In this document: positions 49,397-60,085 of the stretch, one piece after another
Position numbering within the stretch: the stretch's first letter is position 1
Layout: every line of letters starts with the position of its first letter
NCBI GenBank assembly: GCA_049516875.1
Contig: JBEKSS010000001.1
Span: forward strand, 1 to 64,000
DNA: 64,000 nucleotides
Reading direction: 5' to 3'
Source of the DNA: Candidatus Bathyarchaeia archaeon
Lineage (GTDB): Archaea > Thermoproteota > Bathyarchaeia > Bathyarchaeales > Bathycorpusculaceae
Translations under genes and position numbers: made by a program
The notes under the pieces: model-generated
What the model was told of the DNA's origin: nothing
What the model saw: only the letters and a program-made list of their open reading frames with translations
Database searches by the model: none

Positions 49397-49582
49397 AGCG
49401 CGCATGTGTGTTCCTAAATTGGCCAAAAATGGTTTTTATTCGCCTTTTGTGATTTGGGGACAGTTTTGGACTTCGCATTTGTTCCTGAATTCCTTGCGGC
49501 AACCAGCCTTCTCGAACAAGCAGAAGTGTGCAGAACGGAATTAAAACCATTTTTAACCATTTTCGGAACAGGCATGCGCGCT
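49397..49582. mobile_element. 186-bp MITE-like element with 45-bp imperfect terminal inverted repeats
   Basis: AGCGCGCATGTGTGTTCCTAAATTGGCCAAAAATGGTTTTTATTC vs reverse complement of the right end: 38/45 identical. Confidence 0.75.
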
Positions 49583-49654
49583 GGGCTTGAGCGCCAGTTG
49601 AGTCTATAACCACAAAATTCTTTTGGTGTGAACAACCCTTTGTTTGTCTAGCTG

Positions 49655-51028
49655 TTGAGGTGTCGTATGTTGACTTATGACAAGTACAAGCTTCTAGAAG
49701 CAGCGAAGAAAAATGAACAATCAGAAATAGAATGCTTGAAGAAACTGGTTGACATTCCAACCTGTTACGACAAACAGCACGACATGAAACCCATCATCGC
49801 ACAACTGACTGAGGAATTTGAAAAAAGAGGATACCAAGCTCGAACCTTTTCAACGTCCGGTGCGCCTGTAGTGGTCGCCGAAAAGAACCTTGGCATGGAA
49901 AAAACGTTGCTGTTCTATAATCACTACGACGTTCAGCCCGAGGAGCCACTGGAAGAGTGGAAATCTCCTCCATACAACCTGTCGACAAGAAACGACCGAT
50001 TGTATGGCAGGGGTGTCAGTGATGACAAGGGTCCTCTTGTTGCCAACCTCTTCGGCGTTCAGACCGCGCTTGAGGTGGGGTATGAACCACGGTGCAACAT
50101 AAGGTTCATTGTCGAAGGTGAGGAAGAAGCGGGCAGCATTCATCTCGCAGAGTTCTGCAAAGCACATCCAGAGTTGTTGAAGGCTGATGGCTGCGTCTGG
50201 GAGGGAGCGAACGCTGTTCCCAACCAACGAAGCGAGATATGCGCAGGAGTCAAGGGCGATGTCTACTTTGAACTCCACGTGAAGGGGTTTCACAAGGATG
50301 CGCATTCTGGTGACGCCCCAATTGTAGTCAACCCTGCTTGGAGATTGGTTTGGGCTTTGTCCACTATCAAGGATGAGAAGGAGAATATTCTGATTGATGG
50401 CTTCTATGATGACGTTGTTCCTCCGAGGAGAGAGGAACTGGAGCTTTTCGAGAAGTATCCTCCTGAACAGATTGAGCAGTATAAGCAGCTATACAAGACT
50501 GACAAGTTTTTGTTAGGAAGAGAAGGCGTGGGATTCTGGAAGGAACTAACCCTCAGACCAACATGTACAATATGTGGTCTGCTGGCCGGCTGGACGGGAC
50601 CCGGCTCCAAAACGGTCGTGGGCAGAGAAGCCATGTCAAAAGTGGATTTCAGAATCGTACCAGACCAGAAGGTGGACAGAGTCAAAAGACTATTGCGTGA
50701 GCATTTGGACAAACATGGTTTTTCTGACATCGAAGCGAGGTTTCTTACGGGCTACGAGCCTAGCAGGACATCGATCGATCATCCATTCATCCGATTGTTG
50801 GCAAATCTGGCCAGAGATTTTAGTGCTAAGGACGCCCTTCTGGTTCCTTCCTCTCAAGGGTCTGGGCCGGCTTACCTTTTTGGCTCCTACACCCCTTGGG
50901 CTGCATGCGGCACTTTCGATCCTGAAGACAACATTCACGCGCCAAACGAGAGCATGAGGTTGAACGATCTCAGATACATGACTGCCTTTATCGCCGCCGT
51001 AGCCACAGAACTAGGAACCAAAAAATGA
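49655..51028 (+). CDS. M20 family metallopeptidase/deacylase (DapE/ArgE-like)
   Basis: YNHYDVQP, GRGVSDDKG, EGEEEAGS, DAHSG, IHAPNE. Confidence 0.94.
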   Translation: MRCRMLTYDKYKLLEAAKKNEQSEIECLKKLVDIPTCYDKQHDMKPIIAQLTEEFEKRGYQARTFSTSGAPVVVAEKNLGMEKTLLFYNHYDVQPEEPLEEWKSPPYNLSTRNDRLYGRGVSDDKGPLVANLFGVQTALEVGYEPRCNIRFIVEGEEEAGSIHLAEFCKAHPELLKADGCVWEGANAVPNQRSEICAGVKGDVYFELHVKGFHKDAHSGDAPIVVNPAWRLVWALSTIKDEKENILIDGFYDDVVPPRREELELFEKYPPEQIEQYKQLYKTDKFLLGREGVGFWKELTLRPTCTICGLLAGWTGPGSKTVVGREAMSKVDFRIVPDQKVDRVKRLLREHLDKHGFSDIEARFLTGYEPSRTSIDHPFIRLLANLARDFSAKDALLVPSSQGSGPAYLFGSYTPWAACGTFDPEDNIHAPNESMRLNDLRYMTAFIAAVATELGTKK

Positions 51029-51360
51029 ACCTGGTAAAATCTTGGCACTCCACTATTGTCGGACGCGTTCACGGAGAACTCAAACAAATCGCAGAAAAAC
51101 TGAAGTCAGAGTTGCGCAGAACTTGACGTTTCTCTTTTGCACGTGTTAGGGGTAGTGTTCTACTGCGGTAATGTTGCTATCGTAGTGGTACAAGGACAAT
51201 GAGCGCTAGAAGCGCGCGAGTTCAGGCATATACGCTACGCGAGTTTGAACAAACGAGTGAGGCCGCATTGATGGTTTTGGCAGCGATGCCGAACGATATG
51301 TAGCGCGCTGTGCTTAGATGCTCACCCCATAAAACACATATCACGTCCGTGAAGGTCAAA

Positions 51361-51585
51361 TCATTGTTTTTGTCCGCATTGAGGACAGAAGCGTGCTGAG
51401 ACAGGTATTCTGCTTTTGCAGTTGGGGCAGATTTTTAATACAAGTTGGGAACGTAACAAGGCCCCGCAAAAATTGCAGTAGATAGAGACAGAGGAGACAT
51501 TATTCCCACATCGCGGGCAAATCAAGTACTGCCCCGGCAAAGGAAGGGGAACAAGAACCCATCCTCCAACGTTCAACTCGTCCAC
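51361..51585 (-). CDS. Double zinc-ribbon protein
   Basis: CPRCG..CNFCG..CPNCK..CPQCG. Confidence 0.8.
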   Translation of the reverse strand: MDELNVGGWVLVPLPLPGQYLICPRCGNNVSSVSIYCNFCGALLRSQLVLKICPNCKSRIPVSARFCPQCGQKQ

Positions 51586-51624
51586 CTTGTTAGAATACGG
51601 TCTTTCCTCTTCGTTTCGTGCACG

Positions 51625-51819
51625 CTAACGATCTGCGTATTTCTCTGAATGTAACTGTCCACCCGTTGCCCAGTTGGTCTTCGAGGCTTCGTAAATGATG
51701 ACGGTAACTGCTTCCCGGGGAATACCCAGTTCCTCAAGCACACTTGTCATTCCTTCAACGACCTTCTTCTTATTCTCTATGCTCATACCGGCCCAAACAG
51801 AGACTTGAACGACAGGCAA
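51625..51819 (-). CDS. 4-oxalocrotonate tautomerase family protein
   Basis: TTG start then Pro: PVVQV...KKKVVEGMT...EAVTVIIYE....WATGG. Confidence 0.88.
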   Translation of the reverse strand: MPVVQVSVWAGMSIENKKKVVEGMTSVLEELGIPREAVTVIIYEASKTNWATGGQLHSEKYADR

Positions 51820-52227
51820 TTCAGCTACCCCAACGTAACAATATCTTTTTCCACCTATAAAGGCAATCTTCTGTTTCTTTTGAGCGCGCGCGTCAACATA
51901 CCGTAGAGGCGTCATGGATCCTGTAGTGAATCCGTTAGCGCGCGCCAGCAGCTTCACTGGAAACTTGATTTCAGCGTTCCCCAGGAGCCCATCGGCCAGA
52001 CGTTGAATGTTGGAAATCACGTTGTTGCGAAGATAAACGGCGCAATGATGCTTCTAACAAGCCGCCAGCATCAGAATTACATTGATAAAGGTGTAGCGGT
52101 GAAGCCGTGACGCCATAGCACCTACAGGTTTCAACAAGTACTACTGTCTTTAGGGATGAAATTGGGTCTAATTCTGAAAAACCATTTAATAAGCGCGTGG
52201 CTTGCTGTCTGTATGGTGATGTGAAAA

Positions 52228-52809
52228 GTGAAGAAAAGCATGAAGATAGCTGCTGTAGCTGTGGTGTTGTGCCTAGCCGCGGGTGTAATCGCCTTCGCGT
52301 ACGCAGGGTCACAGAACGCTTTGAATGCAAATGCTGACGACCAACAGACAGGCACACAGAACATGCAGACCTTTCTCGGACCGAACAACCAGACCTTTTA
52401 CGAGTGGAACAACTGTACGATTTCGGACCACATGAGGCGCATGCCGCAAATGCGGGCGAACGATCTTCAACTGCCTTACGGACTCTTGGAGAACGCTACG
52501 CTTTCAACGGTTAATGGAACAGTAGTCTCAGAAGTTAAGGGCATGCTAATCTTGGACACTGACTCGAGCCAGGTCCGGGTTTTGCTGCCTAAAGACTGGA
52601 CTGTGGGCGACCAAGTCGTGGGCAGAGCCAGCCTATTCAACGGCACGTTTGCGAGTCCAGGTCAGAGCGTGACGGTTGAAGTGTTGGAAAGCGACGTGTT
52701 CAGTAACGCGAACTTCAGCATTAACGTCATGCTAGGCTACGAAGTAACCAACGCAACTGGCGCACAAGCATACGCGGTGCTACCCTTCAACATACAACCC
52801 GCTAGCTAA
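52228..52809 (+). CDS. Secreted hypothetical protein
   Basis: Signal peptide, N-glycosylation sequons; followed by a C/T-run terminator-like tract. Confidence 0.75.
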   Translation: MKKSMKIAAVAVVLCLAAGVIAFAYAGSQNALNANADDQQTGTQNMQTFLGPNNQTFYEWNNCTISDHMRRMPQMRANDLQLPYGLLENATLSTVNGTVVSEVKGMLILDTDSSQVRVLLPKDWTVGDQVVGRASLFNGTFASPGQSVTVEVLESDVFSNANFSINVMLGYEVTNATGAQAYAVLPFNIQPAS

Positions 52810-53413
52810 ACTATCCCCCCCTTTTTTGTTGTGTATCCTGGTTTAGAAAACCTTCGAACAAGGTTGGATGTGCATTTTTAGTTCTTTCGGGCAACTGGGG
52901 TGCAATGTTTGACTTTTGTTGCAATAAGATACCGCCATCGATCGCGTGAATGTGCGATACTCAGTTGAATTGTTCGCATATTCTAAATATGAGAGTGTAA
53001 GCAGTGAATCAGGCTTCTCAACCAGCCTCCATATGGCCATTTGTTCCAATTTCATCTCTAATCTAATCTTGCTCGCGCGCGCCTGGTGGCGTTTGTTGTG
53101 TTCTTGATCAGAAGAAAAGAGCGCGTGGCATAGCTGCCATGAAGAGGGACCATCAGTAATCGAGACGAGAGCGATTTCGAGCGCGCGAAATGAGCTCTAC
53201 ATTGTCCGCTCCATGATTATTCTCCTTTTTGCGCAGCGACAAGCCTAAATCTTGCCATGTGAACATGATCATAACGAGAGTGGCAGATGAAGCTGAGATT
53301 TTTCTCCTTTCTCCCCTCTTAAGGCTGATGAAGTCTACCATTCTCCACTTTTCTTCTGACGTTCTCTGGACTTTCGAGAAACTGTCTCTTCTTTTTCCAG
53401 TCTAAGCAGTCTT

Positions 53414-53746
53414 TTATAACCAGCCATGCTTAATCGTTGAAGGTGTTGTCGCTGGCCTCTTCCGTTTCTCACTTTTCTTTTCTTTGAACTTGTGGATTTT
53501 GACAGCATCACCTTCGACTGCAACCCAATACTCGTTGTTGAGATGTCGATGGTAGAGGAATTTGTTCACCACTCCCTTCAGCTCCTGCACGGACAGTTTC
53601 TCGGAACCTAACAACAGATTATGGCCGTGAGAAGCAACCTCCTCATTGAGGGACTTGTGCAGAAAAACAGACAGAGGTTCCTTTTCATCTTCCAACTCGC
53701 CCCAATCCACTTTCAACTTCTTCCCCCCAGAAAACAAGCCGCTCAT
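53414..53746 (-). CDS. Small basic protein resembling ribosomal protein eL22 (L22e)
   Basis: LSVFL..SL...V...G..L......LS..ELK.VVNKFLYHRHL..EYWV pattern; basic tail. Confidence 0.5.
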   Translation of the reverse strand: MSGLFSGGKKLKVDWGELEDEKEPLSVFLHKSLNEEVASHGHNLLLGSEKLSVQELKGVVNKFLYHRHLNNEYWVAVEGDAVKIHKFKEKKSEKRKRPATTPSTIKHGWL

Positions 53747-54004
53747 TCTCCACTATGGTGAGAGTTGCATCAACTAGAAACGTATATGCTTTTTCTCTCA
53801 ATAAAATCGCGCGAAATCTTCGCACGTGCCATAAAGAACTCTTCTTTGCTCAATCATATCGAGTCTGTCAGGTTAGTTTTCTCAGAACCACTTCAACATC
53901 GCGCGCGCTTGGGTCTAATTTCTCGAGTTTACTGCAAACCACAGTGGCACGCGCTACAGCATCGAAGGTCATTGATTTATTATAAATCGAAGAGCGCGCT
54001 AGCG

Positions 54005-54115
54005 TGTTCCTAAATTCCTTTCTTAATGTGTGGCAGGGTTGAGTTGTGTGCCTCTCTAATGGAACGTACTATGAAGAGAGAAGTACGAGATATGTCGCAA
54101 ACGAATTTAGGAACA
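54005..54115. repeat. 111-bp segment with perfect 13-bp inverted repeat, related to the MITE at 49397
   Basis: TGTTCCTAAATTC (54005-54017) and GAATTTAGGAACA (54103-54115), preceded by GCGCGC at 53994. Confidence 0.7.
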
Positions 54116-54152
54116 AATCGTTATCTTTGGTATTGTTTGAACAGATGATAAG

Positions 54153-55334
54153 ATGACTCCAAGAGGTAAGGGTTTTTCAACCAAAGCCGTTCACGCAGGG
54201 GATAAGCGGGGTTCTTCTACAGGAGCTGTTGTTGAGCCGATCTATGAGACATCGGTCTTCGCGTTTTCCAGCACGAGGGAATTGGTAGACGTTATGGGTG
54301 AAAAAGCTGAGGGGTATGTTTACACTAGGTATGGTAATCCGACGAGTAGAAGCGTTGAGAACAAGATGGCCGAACTTGAAGAGAGTGAAGATGCGGCGGT
54401 TTTCTCGTCGGGTATGGCGGCCATTGCGACAACGTTTTTCACGCTGGTTTCGTCAGGTGACCATGTTGTCTCCATTAGGGATTTGTACGGTGGAACGTTG
54501 GAATTCTTCACTAAGGTTTTGCCGAAATTCGGTGTGGAAGCAACTTTGGTTGATGCTTCGGACTTGGATGAAATAAGGTCCGCGATTCGAAGCAACACTA
54601 AGGTCATTTACGCTGAAACGCCGACTAACCCTACGCTTAAAGTTGTAGATTTACTCGAGGTCGCTAAGATTGGAAAAGAAAAAGGAGCAACGGTTGTTGT
54701 TGACAGCACCTTTGCTTCTCCCTACAATACGAAGCCTACAGAGCTGGGCGCCGATATCGTCGTTCACAGCGCCACAAAATACTTGAGCGGGCATAACGAC
54801 GTGACCGCCGGAGTGATGTGTGGTTCAGAAAAGCTTGCTCAAGAAATAAGAAAAATGCGCAAAAGCTTGGGCGGAACTCTTGATCCCCTCGCCGCATGGC
54901 TGCTGCTACGCGGGTTGAAGACTTTGGGTTTACGAATGGAGAGGCATAACTCCAACGGTATCAAGGTTGCAAGGTATCTTGAGAAACATCCTAAGGTCAA
55001 GACGGTACACTATCCAGGTCTCGAAAGTCATCCTCAGCATTCAATTGCCAAACGACAAATGAGGGGGTTCGGAGGAGTCGTCAGCTTTGAAATGGACGGA
55101 GACTTTGAGACAACCGTCAAATTCGTGGAAAATCTTGAACTCTGTTCTTTAGCCGCCAGTCTTGGAGGAACTGAAACCTTGGTTACCCAGCCCGTCACTG
55201 CCTCTCACTACTTCGTCAGCGCAGAAGACCGAAGAAGGGCGGGGATAACGGATCAGCTAGTGAGGTTGGCTCTGGGAATAGAAGACCCAGAAGACATCAT
55301 CGCCGACTTAGAGCAGGCCTTCGACAAAATTTAG
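54153..55334 (+). CDS. Cys/Met metabolism PLP-dependent enzyme (cystathionine gamma-synthase/lyase or methionine gamma-lyase)
   Basis: [40 protein letters not shown]. Confidence 0.95.
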   Translation: MTPRGKGFSTKAVHAGDKRGSSTGAVVEPIYETSVFAFSSTRELVDVMGEKAEGYVYTRYGNPTSRSVENKMAELEESEDAAVFSSGMAAIATTFFTLVSSGDHVVSIRDLYGGTLEFFTKVLPKFGVEATLVDASDLDEIRSAIRSNTKVIYAETPTNPTLKVVDLLEVAKIGKEKGATVVVDSTFASPYNTKPTELGADIVVHSATKYLSGHNDVTAGVMCGSEKLAQEIRKMRKSLGGTLDPLAAWLLLRGLKTLGLRMERHNSNGIKVARYLEKHPKVKTVHYPGLESHPQHSIAKRQMRGFGGVVSFEMDGDFETTVKFVENLELCSLAASLGGTETLVTQPVTASHYFVSAEDRRRAGITDQLVRLALGIEDPEDIIADLEQAFDKI

Positions 55335-55915
55335 CATAAGCGACGCGCGCGCATAAGAACCCCTGCCTGTGACCTCAAGTTTGTTACGGTATGTGTCAGA
55401 GACCCTTTTCGTTCCCAGTTTGTTATACTCCCTCTCAGAAAATGCAAGCCCACTAATGCAAATAGTATTGCAGAAGCCTGTTGGTACGTCTTTCCCACAG
55501 CATATATTCAGCACGCCTTACAAAGACGAACGTCCCAAAGCTGCTCTTTTACCTTCTCTTCTGTTTTTTTCCACCACGAGCTCTTCTCGTCTGATGACCC
55601 TTCTGTCTATCAATCGTTTTTCCAGCGGGTTTGTTTCTCTTGCTCACGTTCTGTCACCTCTATCTCAATCACCCATCCCAAACAAATTCAGTAGCGCCAC
55701 ACTTCAGTTGTTATCGAGAAGACATATAAATCAAGCTTTCCATGCAGTGCCGCATGCAACGTTGGCGCTATTCAAAAAGACCAGTGCCCCCTAAGGGCTT
55801 TTGAGGGTAGAGGAAAAAAGTGTTTGAAGCGCGATTGAAACACGATTTTGTAACAAGAAAATGGAAGAAACCACACATTTCACGAGTATGCGCCAAACTC
55901 CAAAAGCTTAGTGTA

Positions 55916-56110
55916 CGCCAAGCGCATGACACGAGTCTCCAGCAAACACGAACTACAAGCCACCAACCGTTTGAGCCTCAAAAAAACCACGGATTGAGTA
56001 CTCAAAAGCAGAAGGTCGAAACCCGACATGCAACCCGCACGAACAACCATCAGAATTCACCTTTTGACACTCAAAGAAATCACGGATTGAATACTCAAAA
56101 GCAAGGGCTC
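55916..56110 (+). repeat. Dispersed repeat, copies A (core 55970-56010) and B (core 56063-56103)
   Basis: Core TTTGAGCCTCAAAAAAACCACGGATTGAGTACTCAAAAGCA; B is degenerate. Confidence 0.88.
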
Positions 56111-56116
56111 TGGATC

Positions 56117-57418
56117 TCAGCCTTTCAGCTTCTCGGCGACCTCTTCGATTTTGACGGTTTTCTGCTCTCTCTTCGCCAGATCTCGCACCACAACCGCTCC
56201 CTCCTTCAGCTCTCTTTCTCCCACCATCACAGCGTAGCTCATCCTTCTTCTGTCCGCGTCCTCCAAGGCTCTAGCCATCTTCCGCCCCATGACCTCAACC
56301 TCAACACACACTCCCGCTTCCCTAAGCATCTGCGAAACCCTCAAAGCCTCACCCCTCAACTCTTCTTTGATGGGAATAACCAGCACCGTCCTTTCATCCC
56401 CAGCCTTCCGCACGGCTTTCTCCGTAACCTTCTGCTCCTGCAACGCCAGCATCATCCTGTCCACTCCGTGAGCAACACCCACGGCGGGCGTTGGATCGCC
56501 CCCGAACAGCTCGATAAGCCTGTCGTACCTTCCGCCTCCGCCCAGCGCTAAATCCATGCCTGGCACGTACACCTCAAGAATCATTCCCGTGTAATACTCA
56601 AGCCCCCTCGCGAAACCCGCGTCCACCATCATGTCAACCTTGCACCCGCTCTTCAGGACAAGAGTCAGGATTTCGCCGAGGTTTCTCGCAGCCTCAACAG
56701 ACTTCTCATAACCCTTCACAAGCTCGGTTATCCTGTCAGCCACCTCGAGAACGTCGCTGCCCCTGAGCTTCACCAGCTTTCGAAGCGTCAACATACACTT
56801 TTGCGACACGCCGGCATTTTCCACCAGCTTGAAAGCGTCGTCATACTGCTTCTTGTCCATCAGCTGCATGACCGCGCTCTGCACCTTGTCCACAACCTTC
56901 TCCTGGTTCAGCATCCCCCTCAGAACACCGACGTGACCAACCTTCAACGCAAACTTGTTCAACCCCGCGGCCCGCATCAAGCTGTTCGTCAGCAAAAGGA
57001 TTTCAGCGTCCGCCTCCGGCCTGCCGGAACCCATCAGCTCGTAGTTCGTCTGCCAAAACTCTCTGTAACGGCCCCGCTGCGGCTCATCATAACGGTATAT
57101 GCTCCCAACCGAGAAAAGCCTGAACGGTCTGGGTTCGTTCCGCAACGTCGTAGCTACGAGCCTGGCCACGGAGGCCGTGAACTCTGGGCGCAGTGCGACG
57201 TCTCTTTCGCCCAGATCCTTGAACACGAACATGCGCGACTTGACCTCTTCCCCGGCTTTCGCTGACAGCAACTCGTACGACTCCACAACGGGCGTCACAA
57301 TCTCCTTGTACCCGTAAAGACACGCCACTTCCTTGGCCTTGCCTTCAACAAGTCTCAGCAGCCTGGCTTCTTCGGGCAGGAAGTCCCTCATGCCGCGGAC
57401 GGTCTTGAACTCGGCCAT
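56117..57418 (-). CDS. hisS: Histidine--tRNA ligase
   Basis: RGMRDFLP, ALRPEFT, YRYDEPQRGRYREF, RGLEYYTG, GGGRYD. Confidence 0.98.
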   Translation of the reverse strand: MAEFKTVRGMRDFLPEEARLLRLVEGKAKEVACLYGYKEIVTPVVESYELLSAKAGEEVKSRMFVFKDLGERDVALRPEFTASVARLVATTLRNEPRPFRLFSVGSIYRYDEPQRGRYREFWQTNYELMGSGRPEADAEILLLTNSLMRAAGLNKFALKVGHVGVLRGMLNQEKVVDKVQSAVMQLMDKKQYDDAFKLVENAGVSQKCMLTLRKLVKLRGSDVLEVADRITELVKGYEKSVEAARNLGEILTLVLKSGCKVDMMVDAGFARGLEYYTGMILEVYVPGMDLALGGGGRYDRLIELFGGDPTPAVGVAHGVDRMMLALQEQKVTEKAVRKAGDERTVLVIPIKEELRGEALRVSQMLREAGVCVEVEVMGRKMARALEDADRRRMSYAVMVGERELKEGAVVVRDLAKREQKTVKIEEVAEKLKG

Positions 57419-57436
57419 TCTCAGCTTTCTCCGTTG

Positions 57437-57988
57437 TCACTTCAGATTTAGTTCTGAAACGGAGTAGTAAACTATTTCTCCTCTGCGGTTCATGACCGCC
57501 AGGACGAGCTCCTTCTTGAGGCTGAGGCTCTGCGTCAGCGCGCGGCTCAGGCTTTCAACCGCAATGGGCTTTCCCTCCTGAACGCTGACTATCAGGTACT
57601 TGGCCGTGTCCTTGCTGTAGTTGCCCCTCTCGTAAACTCGAAAGTCGACGCCCTGGCCGAAGCCTTCCCGCACGACGTACCCCCTGCTTCTCAAATCGCG
57701 GAAAACCAGGTAACACGCCCAAGCGTTCTCGTTAACCGTCTCGTAACACTGGAGCAGCCGCTGGAAACCCACTCTGTCATCGTTCTCGTCCCCAACCTCC
57801 AGCATCGCCCTGTCCACAAGGTAGAGCGCCTCGTAAAACGTTAGCTGAAAAGTCTTCTTTCCCGGCACTCCGTAGCCTCTGGAGGCAAGCTCGTTGACGA
57901 ACCGTTTTTCAGAAACCTTCACGCCCTCTTTGACGAGCAGGCCCTTGGCTCTGAGCTCCGGCGCGCTTGGCTCTTCACTCTTGCTCAT
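57437..57988 (-). CDS. endA: tRNA splicing endonuclease subunit, probably structural (beta)
   Basis: YEALYL, VFRDLRSRGYVV, DFRVY, LAVMNRRGEIVYY; catalytic Tyr/His positions read GFGQG and DTAKY. Confidence 0.85.
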   Translation of the reverse strand: MSKSEEPSAPELRAKGLLVKEGVKVSEKRFVNELASRGYGVPGKKTFQLTFYEALYLVDRAMLEVGDENDDRVGFQRLLQCYETVNENAWACYLVFRDLRSRGYVVREGFGQGVDFRVYERGNYSKDTAKYLIVSVQEGKPIAVESLSRALTQSLSLKKELVLAVMNRRGEIVYYSVSELNLK

Positions 57989-58017
57989 CTGGACCCCCCG
58001 CTAGCTTAGGAGCGTCT

Positions 58018-59043
58018 TCACTTATAGCGGTTGGCCTGAAGCCGTTTCAAATCTTTCCTGCGTAATACGCCGGTTTCGCATACGATGGCTGAGACGTACT
58101 TGAACGGGGTTACGTCGAATGCCGGGTTCAGGACGTCGACTCCTTCGGGGGCGATGCGTTGCTGGCCTATATGCGTGACTTCTTCGGGCTTGCGTTCCTC
58201 GATGACAACCTGTGCGGACGTGTGGGCCATGTCGAACGTGGATTTGGGTGCTGCGACGTAGAAGGGAATCCTGTGTTGTTTGGCTAAGACAGCGACGGTG
58301 AAGGTGCCGATCTTGTTGATGACGGCGTCTCGGACTATGCGGTCTGCTCCCACGATGACCTTGTTCACCATGCGCTTGCTCATCACGTAGCCCACCGTGC
58401 CGTCCGTGATCAATGTTACCGGTATGCCTGCTCGCTTGAGCTCGTAAGCGGTCAGCCTTGCGCCCTGCAGGAGTGGGCGAGTCTCATCCGCGAAAACCCT
58501 GAACCTTTTCCCCTGTTCCCAAGCGGTCTTCAGGACACCTAGGGCCGTGCCAAAGTCCACAGTGGCCAGTGCGCCGGCGTTGCAGTGCGTCAACACAGCA
58601 TCTCCGTCAAGGATGAGCTTGGCGCCGTGCTTGCCAATCAGGCGGTTTGAAGCCGCGTCCTCCTCGGCAATCCTGTTTGCTTCCTCAACGACGGAGGCGG
58701 CCACATCGTCGGCACTGCCTAACGCGGTCTTGGCTTTGTCAAGGATTCTGTCCAGAGCCCAGAAGAGGTTGACGGCCGTGGGCCGTGTTGCCCTTATGGT
58801 CGCAGCGGCCCTTTCGAGTTCGCTGACCAGTTCTTTCTTGGTCTTCGCTTCTGAGTTGTGTGCTGTCAGGGCTAGGGCGTAGGCGGCGGCTGCTCCGAGG
58901 AGGGGTGCGCCTCTTATCTTCATCGTTTTTATGGCGCCGGCCACGTCTTCGCAGTTTTTCAGGCTGAGCATGACCTCTTCGTTTGGAAGTTTCGTCTGGT
59001 CAATCGTCAGCACCGTGCCGTTGCGCCACTGTATCGTTCGCAT
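58018..59043 (-). CDS. mtnA: Methylthioribose-1-phosphate isomerase
   Basis: IDQTKLP, IRGAP, TRPTAVNL, LTHCNAGALAT, ETRPLLQGARLT, NPAFDVTP. Confidence 0.95.
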   Translation of the reverse strand: MRTIQWRNGTVLTIDQTKLPNEEVMLSLKNCEDVAGAIKTMKIRGAPLLGAAAAYALALTAHNSEAKTKKELVSELERAAATIRATRPTAVNLFWALDRILDKAKTALGSADDVAASVVEEANRIAEEDAASNRLIGKHGAKLILDGDAVLTHCNAGALATVDFGTALGVLKTAWEQGKRFRVFADETRPLLQGARLTAYELKRAGIPVTLITDGTVGYVMSKRMVNKVIVGADRIVRDAVINKIGTFTVAVLAKQHRIPFYVAAPKSTFDMAHTSAQVVIEERKPEEVTHIGQQRIAPEGVDVLNPAFDVTPFKYVSAIVCETGVLRRKDLKRLQANRYK

Positions 59044-59109
59044 GGCTTTTGCCTCGTAAACCGCTTATGCTTCGGGTGTATAATGTTTGTCGGCCAGGTG
59101 AAAAAGGTT

Positions 59110-59796
59110 ATGAAAACGGTGAGCCTCAGAACGTTTGTTGAAGCCTTTGGGCAGAGGTATTCTGAGGTTTTGGGCATAGAGGTTTCAGGCGGTGGTGATG
59201 GGGAGGTTTTCAAGTGGTTTTTGGCTTCGTTGCTGTTCGGCGCCCCCATCACGGAGTCAGCGGCCATCAGGACTTACCGCTGTTTCGAGAAGCGCGGTGT
59301 TCTGGCGCCGGGGCGGATTCTCAGGACCGGGTGGGACGGTCTGGTCGAAATCTTGGACGAGGGCGGCTACACGCGTTACGACTTCAAGACGGCGGACAAG
59401 CTTCTGGAGGTTGGGGGGAACCTTGTGGAAGCGTACTCTGGGAGTCTCAGCCGTGTTCACGGTTCGGCTTCTGACTCGCGTGATTTGGAGAGGAGGTTGA
59501 AAGGCTTGGGGAAGGGGGTTGGAGACGTGACGGTGAGCATTTTTCTGAGGGAGCTGCGGAGCGTGTGGGAGAAGGCTGATCCTTTTCCGACGGGTCTCGA
59601 GGTTCTTGCTGGTGAACGGCTCGGAATCCTGAAGAATGGAGCTGAAGCCGAAGAGGCTTTGAAACGGTTGAAGGGTTTCTGGGCCAGGAACAGGGTTGCT
59701 GGAAAATCGTTCGTGCAGTTTGAAACTGCTTTGCTCAGGCTGGGCAAGGAGTGCAGAAAGGGAGAATGCAGTGTTCGCTTGGCCAAGCGTGGGTAG
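59110..59796 (+). CDS. HhH-GPD-superfamily-like DNA-binding protein
   Basis: FKWFLASLLFGAPI, GGYTRYD, KGVGDVTVSIFLRELR HhH-like. Confidence 0.7.
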   Translation: MKTVSLRTFVEAFGQRYSEVLGIEVSGGGDGEVFKWFLASLLFGAPITESAAIRTYRCFEKRGVLAPGRILRTGWDGLVEILDEGGYTRYDFKTADKLLEVGGNLVEAYSGSLSRVHGSASDSRDLERRLKGLGKGVGDVTVSIFLRELRSVWEKADPFPTGLEVLAGERLGILKNGAEAEEALKRLKGFWARNRVAGKSFVQFETALLRLGKECRKGECSVRLAKRG

Positions 59797-59801
59797 CGCT
59801 G

Positions 59802-59917
59802 TATGTTGGAGTTCGAGTCCTTGCTTTTGAGTACTCAATCCGTGGTTTTTTTGAGACTCAAAAGGTTGATGGCGCGTGGTTCTGTGTTTGTTGGAGGCTC
59901 GTGTCATGAGCTTGGCG
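59802..59917 (-). repeat. Dispersed repeat, copy C (core 59822-59862)
   Basis: Core 40/41 identical to copy A; flanking CGCCAAGC.CATGACACGAG.CTCCA.CAAACAC also shared with A. Confidence 0.9.
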
Positions 59918-60085
59918 GGCTGAGTGAGAATTTGCGGTTTTGTCTATCAGAAGGTAACAGTTTCGTGTGGCAACACCGTAGCAACCATTTTTTCGGAAAG
60001 CGCGCGAGTATGTCGGAAAAAAGATTTAAAGGCAAAACTGATGGATAGTTCTTGTATAGATTGAGATGTCGGTTGGGGGCATGTT

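Noticed and set aside
55820-56551. ORF with repeated QKNHGLSTQKQ peptides (also 59257-59907 minus)
   Set aside because: These translate the non-coding DNA repeat and run antisense over real genes.
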